A stretch of 64,000 nt of DNA from a virus: the IMG/VR virus record IMGVR_UViG_3300042691_012617, positions 96,001-160,000 of that record, one strand, 5' to 3'. The notes under the pieces were generated by a model. The model was not told the origin of the DNA. It searched no databases and was given only the letters and a program-made list of their open reading frames with translations. Of the stretch, positions 12,379 to 22,245 are shown piece by piece. A program made the translations under genes and the position numbers. Every line of letters begins with the position of its first letter. The stretch's first letter is position 1.

Positions 12379-12639
12379 TTATCCGCCCTTTGCTTTCTTC
12401 CAAAGATCGGCATCAGCAGTCTTGCGGGTCTTGCCACCCACAATGAAAGAGTTCACACGGGCGAATGCCCATTGATGGCTTGTAGCACCAGGACGGTGTC
12501 CCCCCTTCCATGCAGCCATGCCCCTGTCATACACTTTCTTGAGGATGCCGTATGAAATGCCGCTAGCCTTTGCTTTTTTTTCCAAAGCGGCGATGCGAGC
12601 CTCTGTAATGTCTTGTTTCAGGGACTTGTAGTTTTTCAT
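12379..12639 (-). CDS. DUF5824-like small basic protein
   Basis: SGISYGILKKVYDRGMAAW..GHRPGA...QWAFARVNSF...K..ADADL; ATGA overlap with upstream stop; starts MKNYKSLKQDITE. Confidence 0.7.
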   Translation of the reverse strand: MKNYKSLKQDITEARIAALEKKAKASGISYGILKKVYDRGMAAWKGGHRPGATSHQWAFARVNSFIVGGKTRKTADADLWKKAKGG

Positions 12640-15600
12640 GACTTCTTCTCGGGGTTGTAGCCCCATACCTTGAGTGCGAGCAACTTGCGTGTTGGGCGAC
12701 CCTTCTCGTCACGCATGCCGCCCTTGGCACCCTTCATGCGGTTGATGAAGTTAACTTGCTTACCCGCCCATTTCCAATCGTTTGGTGTCCACTTTTCCTT
12801 GGGGGTGTCAAGCATGCGGATGATGGCACGGGCAGAGTCACGACCACTTGTGATCTTCTTGCCTCCTGCTCCTGCCTTTCCTGCCTCCTTGCGAGACAGA
12901 CCCGCTTCCTTGCCCTCGTCAGAATCAAGGAACGACTGAATCTCCTTGCCCGACATGTTTACGAGTTTCTGCCACTCCTTGTAGAGAGCCGACTTTTCCT
13001 CTTCCGACTTCTCTTCGCCAAGCCGCTCACGCTCTCCTGGAGTGTCCTTCTTATATGTCTTGACGATCTCGTCGCTGCCGACCAACAGCGGGCCTCTCTT
13101 GCCCATTGCAGTCCATTGCAGGACAGCATTGATCTTCTTCGATTCGTTCAGCCAGTTCTCTGTGGTATCGGTTTCCTCGCCGTGCATCTTCCACGCAGTA
13201 GCATAGAAGACTTCCTTCCAACGCTTGCCATATCGCTTTTGGAACTCCTTCTTGATCTTCTCTTTCTTGGAGAAGCGACGAGCAGGGCCGCTTGGAGGAC
13301 TGACTTCGACCAAGAGGTAGTCAAAGTCTTCGTTGATGTCGGTCTTGGGCAATTCGCTGCCCATCTCGCTATCGCGGATTTCCTTCAGCAAATCAATGTA
13401 TGAACGAGTCAATTGGGCAGCCTCCTGCATGTTACGAGTCAAGCAACGCTCCTCGTAGGCAATTGCCATACGAAGTTTGATTGCGTTTCTTTCATCAGAT
13501 TCATCGATCTTGGACAGACGCTCCATTGCATCGTCGTGTTCGTAGCCATTCTTGAGAGCCTTCAACTTACCCTTCTTGGCGAGTTTCTTGTACAGGGTGC
13601 TGTACTTCGATGGCTTGGTCTTGATGTCTTTCTCATCGGGATTGACAAACTCCCATGTCTGTGGATCGTCATCAGACATTGTCTTGCGCTTTTCAAGACG
13701 CTTCTTGCGAAGTTCGGCTTCTTTCTTGCTCAGACCCGCGACATACTTCTTGGGTAGACCCGAACCCTTGTCCTTTGGGCTTTCCTTTGTTTTACCTGTC
13801 TTGGTCTTGAACTCCTTGCCCTTCGTGACATCTGCTTCAATAAGGGGATTGCCTTCCATCTCATCGCCCATACCGAGCATGCTGAGGAAACTCATGGCAC
13901 CCGACACCAACTTAGTGGCGTAGACACCAATATCAATACCACCCGATTCCATGAACTTGTGGAATAGTTTGGCAATGATCTTGCCAATCTTGTTGTCTTG
14001 GGCAAACATTGAAAGGGTAACCCCTGCGCCCGAAGCCTTGTATGCCTGAAGCATGACTTCATCGCGGACACGCATGACTTCTCGCTTGAAATCTGCGGGT
14101 GGAATCTTGCCTTTCTTGTTCACCAAAGTGAAGACCTTTGCGCTGACTGCGGGAGTCTTCATGATCTCCGCAACAGCCTTCGCAGCATCTTTGACTGCGG
14201 TCTTTTCAACAAGTTCTTCCTCTTCTTCCTCGTCGCCCTTGCGCTTGGAGTTGATATCGGGCTGTGGGTAGATCGCTTCTGCGGGATCGACAACCATGCC
14301 TGTCTTACTGAGGAACTGCAATCCAATCAGCACCTTTGTGGACATGTGACTGCGGTCGCCAAGGCTGAACTTGATGTTGGGATATTTCTTGCCATGGAAC
14401 TCAATGTCCATGAGAACCACAAGACGCTTCTTCTCACCGATACCGCTCTTGACGGTGATGCGACTGACGATCTTTTTAGTGACCTTCTTGCCATTGGGCA
14501 ACTTGAAGGTGACTGTGTGATCGCCGTTGTCCTTGATGTCCTCGGCATGGATCATGTTGTAGCCGCTGTTGCCCGTGTCGATCTTGGCGGTGTACTCCGC
14601 ACCATCGATCTTCACTTCTTCACGCACGGCTAGGTTGGAGAACAACTTCCAATGTGCCTTGTTGAGGATGTAATCGACCAAGTCCTCTACAAGTTCCTCC
14701 CCCTTGACATTGTTCTTGCCCTTGCCATCCTCGTAGTAGCGGTAGTAAATGTTTCCGCTACCTGGGCTTGCATTCATCTCAATGATGTATGGCTTGCCCT
14801 GATTGATGACATGGTCGATACCGACATAGTAGCACTTGCTTACCCTTGCAGCCCGCTCCACCAACTTTATTTCCTCGTCAGAAAGTTGGAAAGACCCGCC
14901 CTTTGAACCACGGGCGATATTCGTGCGGAAGTCCTTGGGTGCCTTGTCTCTCTTGGCACACGCAAAGATCTTTCCGTTCAGCACGATGCTGCGGACATCG
15001 TTCTTGAAGTCAGGTAGGAACTCCTGAATGATGACTTCTGCCTTGTACTTCCATAGCGTCTGAAGCACCGACTTCAGGCTCTCCATGCTTTCGATCTTGG
15101 AGACACCGATGCCTTCCGCGCCCGTGAGAGTCTTCACAATGATCGGGAACTTGCCACCGACTTCCTTGACCGCAGTTTCAATGTTCTCCTCGTTGGCAAC
15201 GAATGCCGTGCGGGGGTGGGGCAACTCATGCTTCTTCAGGGCGATTGCCGTCTCCAACTTGTTGGCGCACAGTTCCATGCCACCACGCTCGTTGACCATG
15301 AACACGCCATTGTTCTGTAGGATGGTCATGATTGCGACTCCGATGTCGCTATTCATCACGCCACCGCGAACAATAGCAACCGTGTCGCTTGGATTGATGG
15401 TGCAGTCCTTGCCTTCACCGTCATAGTTCTTGATGACGATCTTCTTCGATGCAACGCTAGAAATGTCAACCTGAGCCTTGCTCGTCTTCACGGCATAGAA
15501 CTCAATCTTTCGTCGCTTGCAGATCGCTTCCATCTTCTCAATGGTGTCGCTCAGATCCTTCTCCGACGATGTGAGGGCTAGGATGGTTACCTTGTCCTCT

Positions 15601-16241
15601 CCATCCTTGGCTTCGAAGATGTACTCTTCCTTGAGGTTCAATCCTTTTCGGACATCGTTGTACATCTTCTTCTTGAGAGCCATGTCGGTTCCCGCGACAC
15701 CTGTGGCAAACTTCTTGAAGTCGCCATCAAATGCTGCTGCTCTCATCTTGGAGGCAGACATGCCCTGAACGCCCTGTGCATCATCGTCACGGGCTTCCCC
15801 TGCCTGTACGACTTCGAAGTTGTCGAATGAGTACTTGCGCTTCTTTGGATCGCGCTCGGCGGTTCTGCCCTTGTACTTTGCGATGTTCTTGAAATTCTCG
15901 ACCTGATCGCTGCCTGCAATCATCACGATGTTCTTGTAGCCCAAGTCACAGACATGCAGAACCGCAGAGTATGGATCTCCCGCCTTGTTCAGAGGGAACT
16001 TCGCCTTGGGGAAGAACTTCTTCAAGTACTCCACCTTCTGCTTATGTGTCAGGGGATTCTTTTTGGGATCCTGTGAGGTAGAGGCAAAGATGAAGTGATC
16101 GGCATTCCGCTTGGATGCCTCGGAGAGAACTTTGTCAACAAGCACACCGTGACCGATTGTCGGTGGGTTCATGCGACCGAATGCAATGACTACCGTGTCT
16201 TTCTTCGGTGCTTCCGTGAGGTGCTGTGCAAAGTTCTTCAC
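12636..16241 (-). CDS. Multidomain protein: HIGH-family nucleotidyltransferase + RimK-type ATP-grasp ligase + RimB-like aspartyl protease + small domains (C-terminal DUF3140-like)
   Basis: FGRMNPPTIGH/MSASKMR (aa ~1-210); FPIIVK..G.EG.GV, IIQEF, DVR, FRTN..RG, EMNASPG (~212-510); AKIDTG, DRSHM..KVLIG (~540-655); VNMS..E...L...E....G, SGR..A..I, L..WG.NP (~1085-1201). Confidence 0.85.
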   Translation of the reverse strand: MKNFAQHLTEAPKKDTVVIAFGRMNPPTIGHGVLVDKVLSEASKRNADHFIFASTSQDPKKNPLTHKQKVEYLKKFFPKAKFPLNKAGDPYSAVLHVCDLGYKNIVMIAGSDQVENFKNIAKYKGRTAERDPKKRKYSFDNFEVVQAGEARDDDAQGVQGMSASKMRAAAFDGDFKKFATGVAGTDMALKKKMYNDVRKGLNLKEEYIFEAKDGEDKVTILALTSSEKDLSDTIEKMEAICKRRKIEFYAVKTSKAQVDISSVASKKIVIKNYDGEGKDCTINPSDTVAIVRGGVMNSDIGVAIMTILQNNGVFMVNERGGMELCANKLETAIALKKHELPHPRTAFVANEENIETAVKEVGGKFPIIVKTLTGAEGIGVSKIESMESLKSVLQTLWKYKAEVIIQEFLPDFKNDVRSIVLNGKIFACAKRDKAPKDFRTNIARGSKGGSFQLSDEEIKLVERAARVSKCYYVGIDHVINQGKPYIIEMNASPGSGNIYYRYYEDGKGKNNVKGEELVEDLVDYILNKAHWKLFSNLAVREEVKIDGAEYTAKIDTGNSGYNMIHAEDIKDNGDHTVTFKLPNGKKVTKKIVSRITVKSGIGEKKRLVVLMDIEFHGKKYPNIKFSLGDRSHMSTKVLIGLQFLSKTGMVVDPAEAIYPQPDINSKRKGDEEEEEELVEKTAVKDAAKAVAEIMKTPAVSAKVFTLVNKKGKIPPADFKREVMRVRDEVMLQAYKASGAGVTLSMFAQDNKIGKIIAKLFHKFMESGGIDIGVYATKLVSGAMSFLSMLGMGDEMEGNPLIEADVTKGKEFKTKTGKTKESPKDKGSGLPKKYVAGLSKKEAELRKKRLEKRKTMSDDDPQTWEFVNPDEKDIKTKPSKYSTLYKKLAKKGKLKALKNGYEHDDAMERLSKIDESDERNAIKLRMAIAYEERCLTRNMQEAAQLTRSYIDLLKEIRDSEMGSELPKTDINEDFDYLLVEVSPPSGPARRFSKKEKIKKEFQKRYGKRWKEVFYATAWKMHGEETDTTENWLNESKKINAVLQWTAMGKRGPLLVGSDEIVKTYKKDTPGERERLGEEKSEEEKSALYKEWQKLVNMSGKEIQSFLDSDEGKEAGLSRKEAGKAGAGGKKITSGRDSARAIIRMLDTPKEKWTPNDWKWAGKQVNFINRMKGAKGGMRDEKGRPTRKLLALKVWGYNPEKKS

Positions 16242-17440
16242 GACTCGTTTACCTTTCTATTCTGTCTGCTGAACCGCAGACGATTGACCAACTTGACCGC
16301 CGTACCCGTTCTGACGATCACGATTCCTTCGGGGTCGGTGGGACGAATACCATCAGCATCCATGAAGAAGTGACCAAGGGCAGAGACCGCATACAACTTT
16401 CCAAGGATCATCTCCTTGACCTTTGCGATCTTGTTATGCAGTTCAAACATAGCATTGAACTGATCCTCGTAAGCATCGATGAAAGCGAGGATGTCGTTCA
16501 TGGCGGTTTCCTTCGCCTGTCTCCCCTTCTCGGTCTTCAACTTATTTAGTTCCTTTTCCAACTTAGTCTTTACATACAGTTTCAGACCACTTGCGCTGAA
16601 ACTGGTCAGACCGCCGTTGATCGTGCTGTTGATGTAGGGGAGCATCAGCGGCATGAGGTCTTTACGGGCAAGCAGGGGCTTCAGGAAAGGCTTTACCTTC
16701 TTGGCTAGCGTCTCGCACTCGGTGATGCCCCGAAGCGCGGTATCGCCTTCCCCGCCCTTCAGGAGGGCAGGGGTGAGGTCGTAGATGTTCGGATCGGTGA
16801 ACCAAACATCAGGATGCTGCTTGAGTTTGCTAGCGTTGAAGTTGAAGGTGGTTGCCTTCAAATCGGCAAGGGTCTTGCCTGAATACTCGGTGTGGAATGT
16901 AATTCCAATCTTTGCGGCTGCAATCCGCTTGCCGATTTCGCTGTCAGACGGGACGGTGTATAGAATCGTATTTGGTTGGAATCCAATATGTGGCTTTCCG
17001 CCAATCGTCAGACTCTTCTTACCATCAGCGGTGAACATCAGGTCGCCCTGAAGCACACCCTTGATTCCTACCTTTGGCAAATACTTCAGGCATTGAACCA
17101 ACTTGTCTGCCAAGTCCTTGATGTCAAATCCCTTGCGAATCTCTTCTTCGGTATGAAACACCTTCTGCACTTGCTTGCCGAAGACACCCTTGATAGCGAC
17201 GAAAAACTTCTTGTTCTCGGGATTGATGCCGCAGATAACAGCAGGCTTTCCATCCCATTTTGTGGACATTCCTAGCGATGTGTTGCCCGTCTTGAGACTC
17301 TGAACGATGTCCTTCATGAAGGCAATCGCATTGTCCAAGCCACTCCCACCCTTGAGGAGCATGAGATCTTCGATGTGATCTAGGTGCTTGTTCTGCTCAG
17401 TTTGCTCCATGAGAGGGAGCATTTGCTTAAATGACAGCAT
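16238..17440 (-). CDS. Conserved T4-like protein (DUF6267-like) with ligase-type nucleotidyltransferase motifs
   Basis: HLDHIED, KWDG, LQGDLMF, EGIVI, VKLVNR; late promoter at 17460..17466. Confidence 0.7.
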   Translation of the reverse strand: MLSFKQMLPLMEQTEQNKHLDHIEDLMLLKGGSGLDNAIAFMKDIVQSLKTGNTSLGMSTKWDGKPAVICGINPENKKFFVAIKGVFGKQVQKVFHTEEEIRKGFDIKDLADKLVQCLKYLPKVGIKGVLQGDLMFTADGKKSLTIGGKPHIGFQPNTILYTVPSDSEIGKRIAAAKIGITFHTEYSGKTLADLKATTFNFNASKLKQHPDVWFTDPNIYDLTPALLKGGEGDTALRGITECETLAKKVKPFLKPLLARKDLMPLMLPYINSTINGGLTSFSASGLKLYVKTKLEKELNKLKTEKGRQAKETAMNDILAFIDAYEDQFNAMFELHNKIAKVKEMILGKLYAVSALGHFFMDADGIRPTDPEGIVIVRTGTAVKLVNRLRFSRQNRKVNES

Positions 17441-17459
17441 AGGGTGTCTCCTGTGCGGT

Positions 17460-17466
17460 TATTTAG
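17460..17466 (-). promoter_or_regulatory. T4-type late promoter (CTAAATA)
   Basis: Upstream of AGGAG RBS of 16238..17440. Confidence 0.7.
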
Positions 17467-17478
17467 GCTCATATGAAA

Positions 17479-17553
17479 TAGGCGGGGCGGGAGTCGAACC
17501 CGCATGAGGGCGATTATAAGTCACCACCTTTTACCACTATCAGGCACCCGCCC
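17479..17553 (-). tRNA. tRNA-Ile (anticodon TAT)
   Basis: GGGCGGG/CCCGCCT acceptor, GGTGA-CT-TAT-AA-TCGCC, GGTTCGACTCC T-arm; no encoded CCA. Confidence 0.85.
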
Positions 17554-17558
17554 GTAGT

Positions 17559-18992
17559 TTAAGACCAACCCTTTATGGTTGGCTTCTCGCGCCCGTACCC
17601 GCCCGTGCGCCTGTGTGCGCCCCCGCCCCCGTGCGCGTGAGGGGCATCGTCTTCGTCTTGGTCATCGGCACCGTTGCCTTGAATCAACTGCTGTTGCGAT
17701 TCGTCCACATCAAACAACTTCATCTTGGCACGGTCGATCCCGATCACGAACTTGCGATTCGTGGCGACATCGTTGTAGCGGTTCTTCAACTGCTTGACCA
17801 TGACCTGTCCCAACTCGTCCAACTGTTCCGTGGCGATGAGGGCGAACATGAAGTCTGCGGTGGCGGGTAGACCAAAAGATTCCGATGTGTCAGTCAGTTC
17901 CACATCGGTATTGCCGAAGCCCGAACGATTGGTCTGTGTTGCGGTGAAGATCGGCACCCCAACCTCCACAGCCAAGCCGCGAAGTTCCTCTGCAATTGCC
18001 TTGACATAGGTGTACGAATTGACATTTCCGTTCGCCTTGAAGCGAGACGATGCACAAATGTTCAGGTAATCGATGAAGATAACATCGGGCTTGAAGTTCT
18101 TCTTCAGGCGCAGTTCATCCAACAAGTGACGGAAGTGATTGGCATTCGCAGATGCCGTGGGGTACTCCTTGATCAGAAGTTTGCCTGTGATGCCCATGGT
18201 CACCTTGGCAAGCCGCTTGGCATAGATCTCCATTGGCAACTTCTTGAGATCGTCTAATGTGATATCCATAAGGTTAGCATCGATTCGCTCTGCAATCCGC
18301 TCCTCTGCCATCTCACAGGTGATGTACAGGACATTCTTGCTCTGTGACAAGCAGTTAGCGGCATGGTGGCACATGAACAGGGACTTGCCCACGCCTGTAC
18401 CCGCGAGGATGACATTCAGAGTCTTGTCGGGCACACCGCCGTTGGTGATCTTATTGAAGTAGTCTAGGTCGAATGGTGTCTTCTTTTCTACGCGGTGGTA
18501 GAAGTCGTACCGCTTCTCGGCATCCTCAATGAAATCGTGACCGATGTGTTCATCGAACGACACGCTGAGTGCCTTGGTCAGGATCTCGGGGATGGCGTTC
18601 TTCGACCGACCCTTCGCCTTCTTCTCGTCAAGGAGTTCGATGGACTCCATCAGGGCGTTGTAGACCGCCTTGTCCTTGCAGAACTTCTCGGTCTGATCAA
18701 CAAGCCACTCCTCATCAGGCTCCTCGGTGCCTTTGTCCATCGTCTCTACCAACTTGACACACTCATCAAACTCACCCTGAGATAGACCGTCCTGTTGATT
18801 CAGGATGATCTTCAGGGCTTCGCGGGTGGGAGCGGTGGAGTACTTTTCGATGAACTCAGACACCGTGTTGAACAGCCGCTTCTCACAGGAGTCGTGAAAG
18901 TACTCCTGCTTGAGAAATGGTTGGACGCGGCGTGTGAACTCGGGTCTGTGAAGAAGACTGCGTAGGATGATGAGTTCAATCTTGTCGCTCAT
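17559..18992 (-). CDS. 41: Replicative DNA helicase (T4 gp41-like)
   Basis: LAGTGVGKS, IDYLNIC, AEELRGLA, TATQTNR, SESFGLPATAD, KQLKNRY. Confidence 0.97.
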   Translation of the reverse strand: MSDKIELIILRSLLHRPEFTRRVQPFLKQEYFHDSCEKRLFNTVSEFIEKYSTAPTREALKIILNQQDGLSQGEFDECVKLVETMDKGTEEPDEEWLVDQTEKFCKDKAVYNALMESIELLDEKKAKGRSKNAIPEILTKALSVSFDEHIGHDFIEDAEKRYDFYHRVEKKTPFDLDYFNKITNGGVPDKTLNVILAGTGVGKSLFMCHHAANCLSQSKNVLYITCEMAEERIAERIDANLMDITLDDLKKLPMEIYAKRLAKVTMGITGKLLIKEYPTASANANHFRHLLDELRLKKNFKPDVIFIDYLNICASSRFKANGNVNSYTYVKAIAEELRGLAVEVGVPIFTATQTNRSGFGNTDVELTDTSESFGLPATADFMFALIATEQLDELGQVMVKQLKNRYNDVATNRKFVIGIDRAKMKLFDVDESQQQLIQGNGADDQDEDDAPHAHGGGGAHRRTGGYGREKPTIKGWS

Positions 18993-19038
18993 ATGTTAAT
19001 GCAGATCATAACATACCTTCTTCAGAAGGCAATAGAAA

Positions 19039-19668
19039 TCATTTCTGAAGAACAAAGATTCCACACCCATTCCACCAACCACTTGAATCGTCTGAGCCGT
19101 AAAACTCTTGCTTATGAAGCGTTTTAAGTTTTAGTTCGTTTATGGCACGATATGTTCCATTTTGAACTTTAGACCATGACCAATCATCAACCATGAAGAT
19201 GAAGGTTTCTGCCATCGAATCGTAGTAATGTTGAAGTGCGCGGTACTGATTGATCTCTTGATGCTCACCATCGTAGAAGTAAACATCAATATTTGAGATG
19301 CCTCTTTCTATTGGATTGAATGAGAAGCAATCCTGATCGATCAAGTTTGGCTCTCCTCCGATCAATCGCTTCCAATTATCAACAAACTCTTGACGAGGTC
19401 CACCAAATTCAGAGAAGTCATCGATAACTGTGTAGTTGAGTCTGCTGTGGTTTCCACGGAGGGCTGCAATTGCAGTAGATCCCTTCCACACCCCAATCTC
19501 CAAGTAGTTCTTTACGATTTCCTTAGAAAGCAGTCTGTTTGCAAACCTCTTGTATTTCGCTCCCGAAAATCCCTGAATAGAAAGGATATCGTCAGTTACA
19601 TTTGACGGCTGCGTGTCATCTAGAGACTCTTGTAGGGAAGTAATGAGTTGTTCTACTCTGTTTGTCAT
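19039..19668 (-). CDS. Class I SAM-dependent methyltransferase (Methyltransf_24-like)
   Basis: YLEIGVWKGST, FYDGEH, MVDDW. Confidence 0.8.
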   Translation of the reverse strand: MTNRVEQLITSLQESLDDTQPSNVTDDILSIQGFSGAKYKRFANRLLSKEIVKNYLEIGVWKGSTAIAALRGNHSRLNYTVIDDFSEFGGPRQEFVDNWKRLIGGEPNLIDQDCFSFNPIERGISNIDVYFYDGEHQEINQYRALQHYYDSMAETFIFMVDDWSWSKVQNGTYRAINELKLKTLHKQEFYGSDDSSGWWNGCGIFVLQK

Positions 19669-20594
19669 TGTGTTGCCTCTGTTGTACGAATGTTCTCACC
19701 TAGCCATGCCATGAGTTTTACCTTTGGTGTCCAATCAAGAAGTTCCCGTGCTTTTGTATTGTTGCAAAGAGTATGTCGGGCTTCACCTTGTCTAGGAGGA
19801 AGGAATTTGATCGTACCATCCTCTCCTGCAATGGTTCTAGCGATATGAATTACAGAATGAGATTGTCCTGTTCCGATGTTGATGATTCCACCATTGAAGA
19901 ATTTGGTAGAGGTTCCTGCTAGTATGTTTGCTGACACAATATCGGACACATGTATGTAATCCCGTGTTTGCATCCCATCTCCAACAACTGTAAGAGGCTT
20001 ACCCTCTTCCTTCTGCCGCTTGAAGACAGCGACCACGGGACAGTACTGCCCCTTGTTTGACTGCCCCTCCCCGTACACATTGAAGTATCGAAGACAAACA
20101 GTATCCATGAACCGTGGCTCGGCATACAGTTTGCACAGTTGCTCACACATCAACTTGCTTGTTGCGTAGATGTTCAGACAATCGACAGGCTCGTTTTCGT
20201 CCTGTCCACCGCCATAGCCACCCTTACCGCCGTTACCATAAATTGCGGATGTGGAAGAGAAGACAAATCGATTGACTCCACCCTTCTTTGCACAGTCCAA
20301 GATATTGAATGTCCCTGTGACATTCGATGCAAATGTCTTGGCGGGATCAGCAATGCAACGCTGAATGCTAACCTCCGCTGCCATGTGAAACACAGTATCA
20401 ACTCCCTCAAAATCCGAAGGGACTAGGTCATTGATGTCTGAATTGATGTTGATGGCACGATCATTCCACTTGAAAGATTCATGCCCTTCCGAACTTTCGT
20501 TGTCCACACAGATGACTGTGTGTCCTTGTTCGATGAGTGTGTTGACTAGGTGTGAGCCGATGAAGCCCGCACCGCCAGTAACCATGTATTTCAT
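19665..20594 (-). CDS. NAD-dependent sugar epimerase/dehydratase (extended SDR)
   Basis: VTGGAGFIGSHL, YATSK, LRYFNVYG, RDYIHV. Confidence 0.92.
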   Translation of the reverse strand: MKYMVTGGAGFIGSHLVNTLIEQGHTVICVDNESSEGHESFKWNDRAININSDINDLVPSDFEGVDTVFHMAAEVSIQRCIADPAKTFASNVTGTFNILDCAKKGGVNRFVFSSTSAIYGNGGKGGYGGGQDENEPVDCLNIYATSKLMCEQLCKLYAEPRFMDTVCLRYFNVYGEGQSNKGQYCPVVAVFKRQKEEGKPLTVVGDGMQTRDYIHVSDIVSANILAGTSTKFFNGGIINIGTGQSHSVIHIARTIAGEDGTIKFLPPRQGEARHTLCNNTKARELLDWTPKVKLMAWLGENIRTTEATQ

Positions 20595-20604
20595 TGTGCA
20601 TACC

Positions 20605-21522
20605 TCATGATGTAAATTTCTTCAATTGCTTGCTGTGGATATGTAGGCTGAGAATTTTGGCTCTATCTCCCGTTCTGCGATCTACCACGGAGAAATACCG
20701 TTTTCCTTGCTTGTCCCGCATCTCCTCGAATCCCCACTTTTTCGTTGCCAACATTCTTCCAATGTAATGATGACCAAAGATAGTGCCAGGTGGATTTCCA
20801 TTGTTACATCCACCAAAGAACTGACCGATGCTGATCGGATCAAAGATGCCTCCGATGAAAGACCAAAACTTTGAGAAGTCGCCTTCGACCCAAACGGGAA
20901 GAGTATTCACATACACATCTCCCAACTCTCTCTGAACACGCTTCCACAAGTACATGTCATACGCTGCTTGTGGATTGTCCTTCTCGTTCATCATCTCCCA
21001 AAACTTGTCATTGATGTCCATCAAAGACCTGTAATCCTTGATGTACACCATTCCAAAGATCAGGGCATTTTCATGCTCGGCAGTCATGGCGGTTCTGTTG
21101 TACAGACGCTTCACTTTTTCGGCTACCTCATCCATATTACAATAGATCATGACATCGTTGTCGAACGAGAATGTGTTCTTCAAGTTGTGCTTTTTCATGA
21201 CCTCTTCAATATAGAAGGGGCGCATCAAGCAAGCCTTCCAAAGAGGATCCCGATCTCCTGCCCAATGCCCCGTCGAGTCAACATCATACCTAGGCTTCAG
21301 ATCAGAGATTTTTTCCCACTTGACATTCAGCCGTTCGAAGTTTTCTTTGTTGGAAACATTCTCATCGTCCAAGATAACGACGATATCGCTGTTAGGCGAC
21401 CACTTTCTCGCTTGCTCTAGAGATGTCCAAATGTGGTTTTCCCACGGATCGTAGTGGGTGTTCGTCTTGGGATCGTATGACTTGTTTCCCATTTGAAAAA
21501 TGACAATAGATGATTCTGACAT
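20605..21522 (-). CDS. Putative glycosyltransferase (GT-A, DxD)
   Basis: FDNDVMIY, IFDP..IGQF.GG, SLHIHSK; within glycan cluster. Confidence 0.55.
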   Translation of the reverse strand: MSESSIVIFQMGNKSYDPKTNTHYDPWENHIWTSLEQARKWSPNSDIVVILDDENVSNKENFERLNVKWEKISDLKPRYDVDSTGHWAGDRDPLWKACLMRPFYIEEVMKKHNLKNTFSFDNDVMIYCNMDEVAEKVKRLYNRTAMTAEHENALIFGMVYIKDYRSLMDINDKFWEMMNEKDNPQAAYDMYLWKRVQRELGDVYVNTLPVWVEGDFSKFWSFIGGIFDPISIGQFFGGCNNGNPPGTIFGHHYIGRMLATKKWGFEEMRDKQGKRYFSVVDRRTGDRAKILSLHIHSKQLKKFTS

Positions 21523-21534
21523 GATGATTACCTT

Positions 21535-22245
21535 TCAGGATGGATTTCTTGTGTGAATGATGCAGGGGTCTACTGGATTGCTGTATTGAGTTATGTCCTT
21601 TTCCGAGTAGACAAATGTGTTGTGCTTCCATGAGAGCAGGCTCATGATGCTTTGGTCGTGTCTGTGATCCTTGAACTCTTCGTAGTTGGGCAACCGCTGT
21701 GTGTTGGGCAAGTCTGTGAGAATCCTAGGATCTTTCGCGTACTCCAACCACTCCTTGACAAAGGACATGCTGCCCTCCGTCTTCTTGCATACGAAGATGC
21801 TAGCCATTCGCTGATCTGCTCTTCGCATTTCCTCTGTGTCCATGCCCATCAGGACAAAGCAGTCTCGTTTTGTGAACATGCCGTTGGTCCCACACCAACC
21901 GAATGTGAGGATGCCCATGCTGCCGATGCGATCTTCTATAGCATCTATGTCAAGCCATTTCCATGGATTACTTTGGAAGTACATTCCTGCGTCCGTGTAC
22001 ATGAGCCAATCGTTGGTGTTCATTTGCTCCAAGTGACGGAGAATCAGGTATGGCTTCCAAAGCCAGTATCCCGCACCTCTTGTCTGAGAAAGCGTATACG
22101 CATTCTCTTCTCTGAAGCGATCATCCAAGTCTTCAAGACCATATCCGATGCTCTTGTCGAATCCACCGTGAGATAGTGCGGTATCGCAACACAGTTTCTG
22201 TGATGCTTTGTATCTACCGTGGGCGTAGTTGATGTGAATTTTCAT
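21535..22245 (-). CDS. Putative glycosyltransferase-like protein
   Basis: GYWLWKPYLI, YTDAG, HRHDQSI. Confidence 0.55.
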   Translation of the reverse strand: MKIHINYAHGRYKASQKLCCDTALSHGGFDKSIGYGLEDLDDRFREENAYTLSQTRGAGYWLWKPYLILRHLEQMNTNDWLMYTDAGMYFQSNPWKWLDIDAIEDRIGSMGILTFGWCGTNGMFTKRDCFVLMGMDTEEMRRADQRMASIFVCKKTEGSMSFVKEWLEYAKDPRILTDLPNTQRLPNYEEFKDHRHDQSIMSLLSWKHNTFVYSEKDITQYSNPVDPCIIHTRNPS

